A stretch of 28,721 nt of DNA, from contig CP070766.1 of the NCBI GenBank assembly GCA_020345705.1, positions 908,070 to 936,790 of the forward strand. Direction: 5' to 3'. This DNA comes from Candidatus Zixiibacteriota bacterium (GTDB taxonomy: Bacteria; Zixibacteria; MSB-5A5; GN15; PGXB01). Position numbers and translations under genes: made by a program. Shown in pieces: positions 1-7,721 of this stretch (position 1 is its first letter; each line of letters opens with the position of its first letter). The notes beneath the pieces are model-generated. The model was not told the DNA's origin. It ran no database searches and was given only the letters and a program-made list of their open reading frames with translations.

Positions 1-1
1 C

Positions 2-232
2 CGTGTCTGCAACGTCAAGCTCAAAGAGCTCGTGAAGGCCGACGAAATCTTCATTACGTCATCGATAAAGCTGATTCTCCCCGTTCAATCGGTGACGTCG
101 GATCGAATTTACAGATATAAAACCGGTCCGCTGACCAAGAGACTGCAAAAGCTGCTCCGGGAACGAATAACCGAGGATATCCGAAAGGTCGTATTCGGGC
201 CACAGCGCCAAAAGACAAGGGTTTCTGAATAG
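2..232 (+). CDS. Class IV (PLP-dependent) aminotransferase, C-terminal fragment; 5' end lies outside the window
   Basis: Frame is open from base 2 (RVCNVKLKELVKADEIFITSS...). ADEIFITSS plus the later G-P-L-T-K-R-L match the C-terminal motifs of the IlvE/Dat/PabC family. The specific member cannot be told from this fragment. Confidence 0.8.
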   Translation, partial: RVCNVKLKELVKADEIFITSSIKLILPVQSVTSDRIYRYKTGPLTKRLQKLLRERITEDIRKVVFGPQRQKTRVSE

Positions 233-387
233 TTTAAGTGCACCCGGAGCGCCCGCTGGAACAAATATTGTGCCGACGGCGTGTCGGTCTGTCTTATAAG
301 CCATTGAAACACAGGCAGGTCTGACGCCCGTGCGGTTGGTATGGGAGTTGCTCTATATTGGTTTCGGATGACTGGCTTAGTTTTATG

Positions 388-416
388 TTGACCGAAGAAG
401 CTGTTTGAAATATCAT
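388..416 (+). promoter_or_regulatory. sigma70-type promoter for the outer-membrane operon
   Basis: TTGACC (388-393), 17-nt spacer, TATCAT (411-416), about 40 nt upstream of the next start codon. Confidence 0.6.
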
Positions 417-458
417 CGCCGGTAGGATGTTTGGAGAAATAACTTCATGGAGGATAAG

Positions 459-1271
459 ATGTTGAGGGCTTTTAAGATTTTTCTCCTGATCGCCGGTATA
501 ACGTGTGTGTCAATGAGTAATATCGCAGCACAGAAAGTAGGATATTCGGTGGATGAAGCCACCCCGTCGCTTTATGATATTCCCCCGCGCGACCTGATTG
601 ATGCCCCGACGGCGGGGACGCTCCCGAGGGGATGTTTCGATATTGAGATGCGGGTTTACAACAACGGCGGAATTCTGGGACGAACCTCGATCGGGCTTTC
701 CGATCGTTTTATGCTCGGTATGTCCTACGGAGCGGAAGGAATTATCGCCGAACGCTCGACCAATCGCAATCCCAGAATCGAATTCAACGTCAAGTTGAGG
801 CTTCTTGACGAGACCTACTATCTGCCGGCTCTCGCGATCGGCTTCAATTCCCAGGGATACGGGGCCTACATAGATGATATGGAGCGCTACACGTACAAGT
901 CGAAAGGCTTCTATATCGCGCTCAGTCGTTCGTATGACTTTCATAACATATCGACTGGCGGGCATGCTGGAGTAAATTACTCGCTGGAGAACGAAAAGGA
1001 TGACGAGGAGGAACCAACTTTTTTCTTTGGATTTGATGCGCGATTCAGCTACAACCTGGGCGTATTGCTTGAGTATGACATGGCTTTGAACGATGACAGG
1101 TCGTCGGTAGGATATGCCAAAGGCCGGGGCTACTTGAATTTCGGCCTGAAGTGGTTCTATTCCGAAAATCTTGAACTCGAAGTTATTTTGAAGAATCTAC
1201 TGTTGAACCGGCAGGAAGGGGCGTCAACTTTTGGCAGAGAATTGAGGTTTACATATATTGAATATTTTTAG
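459..1271 (+). CDS. Outer-membrane beta-barrel protein, YjbH-like
   Basis: N-terminal signal peptide (MLRAFKIFLLIAGITCVSMSNIAA), LIDAPTAGTLPRG segment, amphipathic beta-strand pattern and C-terminal aromatic signal (FTYIEYF). GGAGG at 449-453 favours ATG 459 over ATG 447. Confidence 0.6.
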   Translation: MLRAFKIFLLIAGITCVSMSNIAAQKVGYSVDEATPSLYDIPPRDLIDAPTAGTLPRGCFDIEMRVYNNGGILGRTSIGLSDRFMLGMSYGAEGIIAERSTNRNPRIEFNVKLRLLDETYYLPALAIGFNSQGYGAYIDDMERYTYKSKGFYIALSRSYDFHNISTGGHAGVNYSLENEKDDEEEPTFFFGFDARFSYNLGVLLEYDMALNDDRSSVGYAKGRGYLNFGLKWFYSENLELEVILKNLLLNRQEGASTFGRELRFTYIEYF

Positions 1272-1289
1272 AAGCATAACGGAGCCATT

Positions 1290-1826
1290 ATGAAAAAATA
1301 TCTTATCCTTCAAATACCGCTGCTGATTGTCCTCATGATAACCACCGGCTGCTACACGATCATAAGTCATCCGGGCGAAGAAGATGACTTCGTCGATCGT
1401 AGCGGCAGGTATGACAATTACAGCGAATACTACGGCTACACTCACTACTACTATCCGGACTACTGGAGCCATCACCCCCGATGGGGTCACTTCTGGGCCA
1501 CCCCCTGGTGGTGGGATTATTATGACTATTATGATGCGGGCTACTACGATGACACCGACTCGCCTCGACCGCCGCAGGGAGAGAGGGCGGTACCTTCTCC
1601 CGGCCGTTGGGAGGACGATGCGACCGTCAACAATCCGGGCATAATAAGAGGTGACTGGGGCCGAAACACCGGGCCTGAAACCAAACCCGGGAGCACCGGT
1701 GGAACGTCGGTCAAACCTCGCGGCAAAACCGAGGAAAAAACCGAGCAGCCCAAGGAGACTCGAGAAAAGGACAAACAGGAAGAAAGCAAGAAAACCAAAC
1801 GCGGCGGGAGGTGGCGGAAGAGATGA
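1290..1826 (+). CDS. Lipoprotein with a Tyr/Trp/Asp-rich low-complexity region and a charged disordered tail
   Basis: MKK plus hydrophobic stretch plus lipobox-like TTG-C (Cys21); GGAG upstream; its TGA overlaps the ATG of the next gene (ATGA). Confidence 0.75.
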   Translation: MKKYLILQIPLLIVLMITTGCYTIISHPGEEDDFVDRSGRYDNYSEYYGYTHYYYPDYWSHHPRWGHFWATPWWWDYYDYYDAGYYDDTDSPRPPQGERAVPSPGRWEDDATVNNPGIIRGDWGRNTGPETKPGSTGGTSVKPRGKTEEKTEQPKETREKDKQEESKKTKRGGRWRKR

Positions 1827-3094
1827 AACGAATAATAATACTGACGCTATCCATATGCATTATTACAGCACTGGGCTCCGGTTCCAAGGCCGGTTATCTC
1901 TTCGAAGTCGAGGAAATCCTGGCTGGTAACCATGCCGGATTCGGTGCCCGGCAAATGGCTATGGGCGGAGCGGGGATTATGGGCATGGACGGCACGGCGC
2001 TGTTCTATAATCCGGCCAACCTGGCCAGAATTCCCAGGATAGAATTTAACCTGGGTTTGTCCTATCAGAAATTCAAAGATGAGTCATTTACACGAGTTCT
2101 TGGTCCCGGGACAGTGCTTGATGATGGAGACCAGAAGACGAATACCCGTCTGAATACTGCCATTCTGTCCATACCGTATCCGACCTATCGCGGCTCCCTG
2201 GTCTTCGGGGTCGGCATGGTCCGACAGGCCGACTTCGACAAGGTCTCCACCCTGCTCTACGAGGAGGACGACGCAGGGACTTTAATCTCCAATCCTCAAA
2301 GAACTTTTGAATCGGGGGGATTGAATCAGTGGGGATTCGGGATGGGGATTGATCTTTCGCCGCGTCTCTCATTCGGCGTGACGGCGCTCTTGTATCGAGG
2401 CAAGCATGAGTTCAATCTGCAATCGGACATTTACGAATCGGGTCAACTGGTCGATCCCTGGTCCCAACTTCTGGAATACAGGTATATGGGTATCGGCGGC
2501 AAGCTCGGTCTGGCCATGCAGCTCTCGCGATATGTCGGTCTGGGTCTCACCGCAGAACTGCCCGTCAATCTGCATGTCGATTGGGAAGAGACATTCATCA
2601 CTGACGGCGTCATGTATGAAAGCGATGAGTATGACCTGAAAAAGCCCTTTGTTTTCTCGGCTGGTGTTCTTGCGCGATTCAATAATGTCTCATTGCTGGC
2701 TGACGCGGATTACGCTGACTGGACGCAGCTTCAATACGGCGACAACGTTATCATGGAGCTGGATAATGAGTTGTTCAAGGAATACTACCGCGAAGTCCTG
2801 GGCTACAGGATCGGCGGTGAGTACGTTCTGCCGACGGTCGGACTTTCACTCCGAGCCGGATACTTCCACGACCCGCTTCCCTATAAGAAAGAATTCTTCG
2901 ACAAGGATCGCAGGGGCTACAGTTTCGGGTTCGGAATTCTCGTCGATCAGGTCATGACGATTGACTTTGCTTACGTACGCGGAAACTATAAGACTTTTAA
3001 CGAGCTTGATTCGCAGGATTTCACTTATAAAATTGCTCTCAACAACGATGTGGCATACAGCCGGGCCTTTGTGACCGGTGCCTACAGATTTTAG
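1823..3094 (+). CDS. OmpP1/FadL/TodX-family (PorV-related) outer-membrane beta-barrel protein
   Basis: Signal peptide from ATG 1823. GFGARQMAMGGAG...DGTALFYNPANLA is the hatch motif of the FadL/PorV superfamily. Ends in YRF. Confidence 0.8.
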   Translation: MKRIIILTLSICIITALGSGSKAGYLFEVEEILAGNHAGFGARQMAMGGAGIMGMDGTALFYNPANLARIPRIEFNLGLSYQKFKDESFTRVLGPGTVLDDGDQKTNTRLNTAILSIPYPTYRGSLVFGVGMVRQADFDKVSTLLYEEDDAGTLISNPQRTFESGGLNQWGFGMGIDLSPRLSFGVTALLYRGKHEFNLQSDIYESGQLVDPWSQLLEYRYMGIGGKLGLAMQLSRYVGLGLTAELPVNLHVDWEETFITDGVMYESDEYDLKKPFVFSAGVLARFNNVSLLADADYADWTQLQYGDNVIMELDNELFKEYYREVLGYRIGGEYVLPTVGLSLRAGYFHDPLPYKKEFFDKDRRGYSFGFGILVDQVMTIDFAYVRGNYKTFNELDSQDFTYKIALNNDVAYSRAFVTGAYRF

Positions 3095-3120
3095 TCTTTA
3101 AGCGGAATATTGAAGTGATG

Positions 3121-3143
3121 AAGGCGGCCGCCGGGCCGCCTTT
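3121..3143. terminator. GC-rich hairpin between convergent genes, probable intrinsic terminator
   Basis: AAGGCGGCC-gccg-GGCCGCCTT is a perfect 9-bp stem lying between the FadL-type stop (3094) and the creatininase stop (3145). The U-tail is short. Confidence 0.6.
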
Positions 3144-3144
3144 G

Positions 3145-3885
3145 TCATATCTTTTCCCAGCGACCGAGTACCTCAATCAGGAATTCTTCAATCTTCTTGA
3201 ATACCTTCTGCTGGTACTCACGCGACCGTTCGGCGTCAAAATCCGGTAGGCCTTCGTTTTTCTTGAAGAGCAGGATTGAACCGGGAATCGGATAGACATT
3301 TGCCCCCGGCCGGTAGAAGTAAACCATATCTTCATCATACAAAGATTCGTCGACCAGCGACTCGTCGATGGCCTGCACCATGGCATTCTCGTCCAGGCCG
3401 GCATGGGCGCCTGACTGGCCATAGAACTCCTCTACCAGATCGGCACAAAGCTCCCACCAGTGGATGACGGCGATCCTGACCCGGTAGAGATAATAAAATT
3501 CGTGGGCCGCCGACTTCAGAGCCGAGTTATTGCCGCCGTGCCCGTTGAGGACGATCACTTTTTCAAAGCCGTTATCATAGAATGATTTCAGAATATCCTT
3601 GACAATCGACTCGAAATTAGGGGGCTGAATCGTGATTGAACCGGGATAACCGTACAGCGATTTGGTTATGCCGTAGTTCAGCGTGGGTGCGATGAGGGCG
3701 TTGATTCTATCGGCCAGGTATTCGGCGATTGACTCCGGTATCAGATTATCGGTTCCGATTGCCGCGGGACCGTGCGCTTCTATTGTTCCCACCGGAAAAA
3801 GAACAGTGTCTACTTTGTCGGGCACAAGGTCGCGGACGCTCTTCCAGGAAAGTCTTTGAAGCTTTCTTTCCATGACTATGCTCAT
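3145..3885 (-). CDS. Creatininase (creatinine amidohydrolase) family protein
   Basis: Motifs PVGTIEAHG, GTD, NGHGGN and HAGLDE carry the family's metal ligands. The start overlaps the upstream stop (ATGA). Confidence 0.9.
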   Translation of the reverse strand: MSIVMERKLQRLSWKSVRDLVPDKVDTVLFPVGTIEAHGPAAIGTDNLIPESIAEYLADRINALIAPTLNYGITKSLYGYPGSITIQPPNFESIVKDILKSFYDNGFEKVIVLNGHGGNNSALKSAAHEFYYLYRVRIAVIHWWELCADLVEEFYGQSGAHAGLDENAMVQAIDESLVDESLYDEDMVYFYRPGANVYPIPGSILLFKKNEGLPDFDAERSREYQQKVFKKIEEFLIEVLGRWEKI

Positions 3886-4634
3886 GTGCCCAGTCTGTTT
3901 ATAAGTCTCTCCAGGACAAGTTCCGTTTCTTTCGTGGAGATTTCGTCCCCCTCCAGACGGTACTGGTTGATATCCCGAACCAGATATTCGAGGTCTTCAT
4001 GATGTTCCACGGCGTACCACAGCTCAAGCTCGCTCCACGAGAGACCTTTTTCCCTGAAGTGGTTGGCCACCTCGGAGTAAATGTTCGGTGACCTCCAGTC
4101 AAAATTCGACATCTTGACGTGACACTCCTGTGTCATGCCGATAAGGTAATACCGCCCCTCCACGGTCGGGCCGAAAACGGCGTCGGATTTTTTCAACAGC
4201 TTCAAAGCAGTCTTGAGCATATCGGCCTTGAGAGTCGGTGTCCGGCTGCCGATGAAGAGAACGTGGTTGTACCCATCCTCGAGACACCTGCAGATGGCCG
4301 TCTCCATCTTAATCCCCCACCTCTCGGGTGGCAGGCAGGTCAACTTCAGTTCCTCTTTGAGGACCCTTGCCTTTCGTCCTTTGAGTTTTCTGCCGAGGTA
4401 GTTCATTATCGTGTTGACCGCCTTTTTGGTCTTGGGCAGGTCGGCATAGAAGAGGTGGAAGTCAACCGAACGAAGTTCGAGCACGTTCACCAGAGTATCG
4501 GCAATGAAGGCCTGGTGAAGGAAGTCGATTTCTTCCGGGCTGAGTGCTTCACTTATATTCAGCTCCGAGCCGTCCTCCATCACTTCCTGTATACAGACGG
4601 CCAGGACGGCATCATTTGCTCTTGATTTAGACAT
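3882..4634 (-). CDS. DUF2064 / TIGR04282-like (CofC-related GT-A fold) protein with degenerate motifs
   Basis: VLFIGSRTPTL, AVFGPTVEGRYYLIGM and WYAVEHHEDL align with the family motifs IGSDxP, GPAxDGGYYLIG and DVDxxEDL. ATG at 4634; TTG at 4640 is an alternative start. Confidence 0.75.
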   Translation of the reverse strand: MSKSRANDAVLAVCIQEVMEDGSELNISEALSPEEIDFLHQAFIADTLVNVLELRSVDFHLFYADLPKTKKAVNTIMNYLGRKLKGRKARVLKEELKLTCLPPERWGIKMETAICRCLEDGYNHVLFIGSRTPTLKADMLKTALKLLKKSDAVFGPTVEGRYYLIGMTQECHVKMSNFDWRSPNIYSEVANHFREKGLSWSELELWYAVEHHEDLEYLVRDINQYRLEGDEISTKETELVLERLINRLGT

Positions 4635-4674
4635 AAGCAACGGTAGTTTGTCGTTTCCTCAATAATTTTGCGCC

Positions 4675-4703
4675 AATATAAGGAAGCCGGCAGACCGCGT
4701 CAA
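4675..4703 (-). promoter_or_regulatory. sigma70-type promoter for the DUF2064-creatininase pair
   Basis: On the minus strand: TTGACG (4703-4698), 17-nt spacer, TATATT (4680-4675). Confidence 0.65.
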
Positions 4704-4738
4704 GAGACGTGCCGCATTTTTTGGCCGACTCCGGTCGT

Positions 4739-5476
4739 TTAACCGAGATTCAGTGATGGAAATGCTTCGAGAAGATAGTTGGCGATAATCTGTAATATAT
4801 TGAAGAAAATGAGTACTCCGATTAGCATCAGTAATCCGCCCGATATAATTTCGACTGCACGGAAGTGCCGTTTGATGAAACCGAAGAAACCGACCAGGAA
4901 ATTGAACAGGAAGGCGGTCAAAATAAACGGGATACCCAGACCCGCCGAATAGAACGACAGCAATATTATACCCCTGGATACTGTCTCCTGATTGGCGGCG
5001 ACGGTCAGAATGGAGCCCAGGATGGGCCCGATGCACGGGGTCCAGCCGAAGGCAAAGGCCATGCCGATGACGACCGAACCGAGGATTCCGAATTTCTTGC
5101 TGCCGGAATGAAAGCGCTTTTCATAGTTGAGAAATTTTATCCTGAAGACGCCGGCGACGTGCAGACCAAAAATGAATATCAATAGGCCGGCGACCTTGTT
5201 GAAAACCGTCAAATTCTGAAACAGCCAGCTGCCGATGAATGAAGCCGATGCACCCAGAGCAATGAAGATAGCCGAGAACCCGACCACAAAGAATATCGTA
5301 TTGACGGTGACGCGGCCCAGATGTTCGGATGCCTTTTCCCTGTTCGTCAAGTCTTCGATCGAGACGCCCGAGATGAATGAGATGTAACCCGGTATCAACG
5401 GCAATACGCAGGGCGATATGAACGATAGACCTCCGGCAAGAAAGGCACTGAAATAGCTTATACTTGTTTCAAACAT
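4739..5476 (-). CDS. ccdA: Cytochrome c biogenesis protein CcdA (DsbD transmembrane domain family)
   Basis: SPCVLPLIPGY and GWTPCIGPILG redox-Cys motifs, about six transmembrane helices; AAGGA lies 6 nt before the ATG. Confidence 0.92.
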   Translation of the reverse strand: MFETSISYFSAFLAGGLSFISPCVLPLIPGYISFISGVSIEDLTNREKASEHLGRVTVNTIFFVVGFSAIFIALGASASFIGSWLFQNLTVFNKVAGLLIFIFGLHVAGVFRIKFLNYEKRFHSGSKKFGILGSVVIGMAFAFGWTPCIGPILGSILTVAANQETVSRGIILLSFYSAGLGIPFILTAFLFNFLVGFFGFIKRHFRAVEIISGGLLMLIGVLIFFNILQIIANYLLEAFPSLNLG

Positions 5477-5482
5477 CTGTGT

Positions 5483-5508
5483 TCCTTAGTTTCCTGTTAA
5501 ACTAAGGA
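5483..5508 (-). promoter_or_regulatory. Perfect 10-bp inverted repeat covering the ccdA Shine-Dalgarno sequence
   Basis: TCCTTAGTTT-N6-AAACTAAGGA. In the minus-strand mRNA the 3' arm contains the AAGGA RBS. Confidence 0.5.
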
Positions 5509-5534
5509 GAACCGGGTAGGGTTCCAAGCGGAAT

Positions 5535-6782
5535 TTATTTTTTGTCGGTGATCAGTCGAGCGATGTCGTCTTTAATCAATCGGTAAATCTCGTCCTTGTC
5601 GATCTTGTCGACAATCTTCTTGGCCAGCTTCTCCGACAGCAGCTCGACTAGATAATTGACGAAGTGCCTGATTTCGGCCGGGTCAACTTCCGTCTCCGGC
5701 TTAGCCTTCTTCTCTTCGACAGCGATCGTGCTGACCGGGCGGGCTCCAGCCTTCTCCACCTTCGGTTCGGGCGCCGGCTCGGAGCTGATCTTTTCGGCCT
5801 CCTGCTTGAACTCCGAGATAAACTCGTCCACACCTCCCGGCTTTATCTTCGGCTGCTCGGGCGGTTTTTCATCAGAAGGCGGCGGTTTGAGCGGTTCGAT
5901 GACGTCGCTCGTCGGGACGGATTCCAGCTTCTGAGAGTCATGCTGTCTGGTGCCGACAGCAGGCGGTTTCTCCACCGATTCCTTTTGCATCTCTTTTATA
6001 AACCAATCGTAGTCATGATCGGACTCGCCCTGAACTGCCTCCGGACTGCCTGCTTCATCCGGATTTATCAAACCATACTGATCATCGGTCAACTCGATTT
6101 TGGCTGAGGCCGGCGTTTGCTCTTTTTTCTTGACTTCTTTGTCTTCCCCCGGTGGGGCTTCATCACGTATCATACGCGATTCGACCTTGTCACTGTCACT
6201 CGGCTTACCGGCTTCATCGTATTCGGGTTGATGAATGTCAAAGAAATCTTTCTTGGCCGATTTACCGGCCGCCTTGACCCGAAGATTGGTCGCGGTTTTG
6301 TCCATTACCTCGGAGTCCTCAACCTCGATTCTGTCAAGCCCCAGGGCCTCATCAATGAGCTCGTCATCGACCGAACCGGCCGCGAACGGTTCCGCCGTTT
6401 TGACCTTCTCATCAGTTGCGCTTTCGACGCCGCCGCCCACGAACAGCCTGACGCGGCCGATGAAATCGTCGGGGTCGAAAGGCCTCGGGAGAATTACTTC
6501 TTCGGGGTACGAGAGCGACCGCCCTTCAGGATCGGCAATAAGAAGGAGAGGGATGGACGATGTGTTCTCGTTTTCCTCCAGAATATCGTACAGGTACTTG
6601 TTGTCGGCATCCTTCAAGTCGGCCCCAATAATCACCATATTGGGTTTCGCGGTTATAATGAGCTCCTTGGCTTTCTCAGTATTCGATGCCGCAACCACGT
6701 CATAGCCGTGCTGATGAAGGATGGATTCGGCAATGCTTCTGATAGCATCTGACTTTTCGGCAACCAGGATTTTCTTTCGCAT
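5535..6782 (-). CDS. Atypical (pseudo) response-regulator receiver protein with a long acidic/Pro-rich linker and a C-terminal helical domain
   Basis: The N-terminal ~115 aa follow the receiver pattern (KILVAE...GYDV...A...KPNMVII...IPLLLI...RPF). About 250 aa of D/E/P/K-rich sequence and an amphipathic helical C-terminus follow. AAGGAG precedes ATG 6782. Confidence 0.8.
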   Translation of the reverse strand: MRKKILVAEKSDAIRSIAESILHQHGYDVVAASNTEKAKELIITAKPNMVIIGADLKDADNKYLYDILEENENTSSIPLLLIADPEGRSLSYPEEVILPRPFDPDDFIGRVRLFVGGGVESATDEKVKTAEPFAAGSVDDELIDEALGLDRIEVEDSEVMDKTATNLRVKAAGKSAKKDFFDIHQPEYDEAGKPSDSDKVESRMIRDEAPPGEDKEVKKKEQTPASAKIELTDDQYGLINPDEAGSPEAVQGESDHDYDWFIKEMQKESVEKPPAVGTRQHDSQKLESVPTSDVIEPLKPPPSDEKPPEQPKIKPGGVDEFISEFKQEAEKISSEPAPEPKVEKAGARPVSTIAVEEKKAKPETEVDPAEIRHFVNYLVELLSEKLAKKIVDKIDKDEIYRLIKDDIARLITDKK

Positions 6783-6795
6783 CAAATACTGCTCC

Positions 6796-7623
6796 TTATT
6801 TCCGATTGTCGTCGTTTGAGAGAATTTCGCTGGCGTCCTCCAGGAACTTTCTGTCTTCCTTCGAGATATTCTCTATGCCGAGTTCATTTATCTTGTCCAG
6901 GACTCGATCAACCCTTTTCATTATTTCCTCGGCTTCTTGCCGGTTTTTCTCCAGCTTGGCAGTTTTACGTCTGTGGCGCAAAGACTTAAGCCACCGCCCA
7001 AAAAACTGCAAACGCCAGTCCAGCTTAATGTAGACCAGGCCGACCACGGCCCCTCCAAGATGGGCGAGATGAGCCACCTGGGGACCGGAGGCAAAGAAAC
7101 TCAATAGGCCGAATAAAGGGATGGCATATCTGACACGCATCGGCAGAATGAAAAAGACCAGAATCGTCCGGCGAGGAAACATCAGCCAGTAGGCGGCCAG
7201 GATTCCGTATATCGCCCCCGACGCACCGATGATCGGATAAGGGAGCCCGGGATTCAGAATCACGGAAAACAAGGACCCGCCCAGCCCGCAATAGATGTAA
7301 TACTTCAGAAACGCCCTGGAGCCCCAGGTATATTCGATTTCGGTACCGAACATCCAGAGAACAAACATATTGAAGAGGATATGCAAGAAATTGGCGTGCA
7401 AAAACATGTAAGTGAACAGTTGGTACATGTAATTGGGGAATTCGCTGTAAAACCTGGCGGGCGTCAGGCCAAAAGCGACCGCCAGATTTACAGTCGAAAC
7501 GTTCTGGATAAGATAGACGGCGCCATTGGCAATAAGAAGATACTTTATTACCCGGCTGACCGATCCCGGTCCAAAACGAAGTCCCGAGGATCCTTGAGAA
7601 TGTACGTTCCCGAACGACCTCAT
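6796..7623 (-). CDS. Rhomboid-family intramembrane serine protease with a C-terminal helical tail
   Basis: TYMFLHANFLHILFNM, catalytic GASG and AHLAHLGG motifs. The cytoplasmic tail (VDRVLDKINELGIENIS) resembles that of FCB-group rhomboids. ATG at 7623; GTG at 7626 is an alternative start. Confidence 0.93.
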   Translation of the reverse strand: MRSFGNVHSQGSSGLRFGPGSVSRVIKYLLIANGAVYLIQNVSTVNLAVAFGLTPARFYSEFPNYMYQLFTYMFLHANFLHILFNMFVLWMFGTEIEYTWGSRAFLKYYIYCGLGGSLFSVILNPGLPYPIIGASGAIYGILAAYWLMFPRRTILVFFILPMRVRYAIPLFGLLSFFASGPQVAHLAHLGGAVVGLVYIKLDWRLQFFGRWLKSLRHRRKTAKLEKNRQEAEEIMKRVDRVLDKINELGIENISKEDRKFLEDASEILSNDDNRK

Positions 7624-7659
7624 CACTCAAACTATCGGCAAATTCTGTTCGCCTCTTAA

Positions 7660-7688
7660 ATTATATAATTAAGCCGTGGCGGCGTCAA
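7660..7688 (-). promoter_or_regulatory. Near-consensus sigma70 promoter for the rhomboid / pseudo-receiver / ccdA genes
   Basis: On the minus strand: TTGACG (7688-7683), 17-nt spacer, TATAAT (7665-7660). Confidence 0.75.
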
Positions 7689-7721
7689 AGTCAAGCCCCG
7701 GTTGCCCTGCGGCAGATAATT

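Noticed and set aside
282-298. Short hairpin GCCGAC-N5-GTCGGT downstream of the aminotransferase
   Set aside because: Only 6 bp with no U-tract; not enough to call a terminator or ncRNA.
341-391. 16-codon ORF MGVALYWFRMTGLVLC in the first intergenic region
   Set aside because: Too short, no SD, and it runs into the predicted -35 box; nothing supports a leader peptide.
1823-3094. Calling the FadL-type barrel porV
   Set aside because: The hatch motif is shared across the FadL/OmpP1/PorV superfamily, and no porU or other T9SS gene is adjacent; the symbol cannot be supported.
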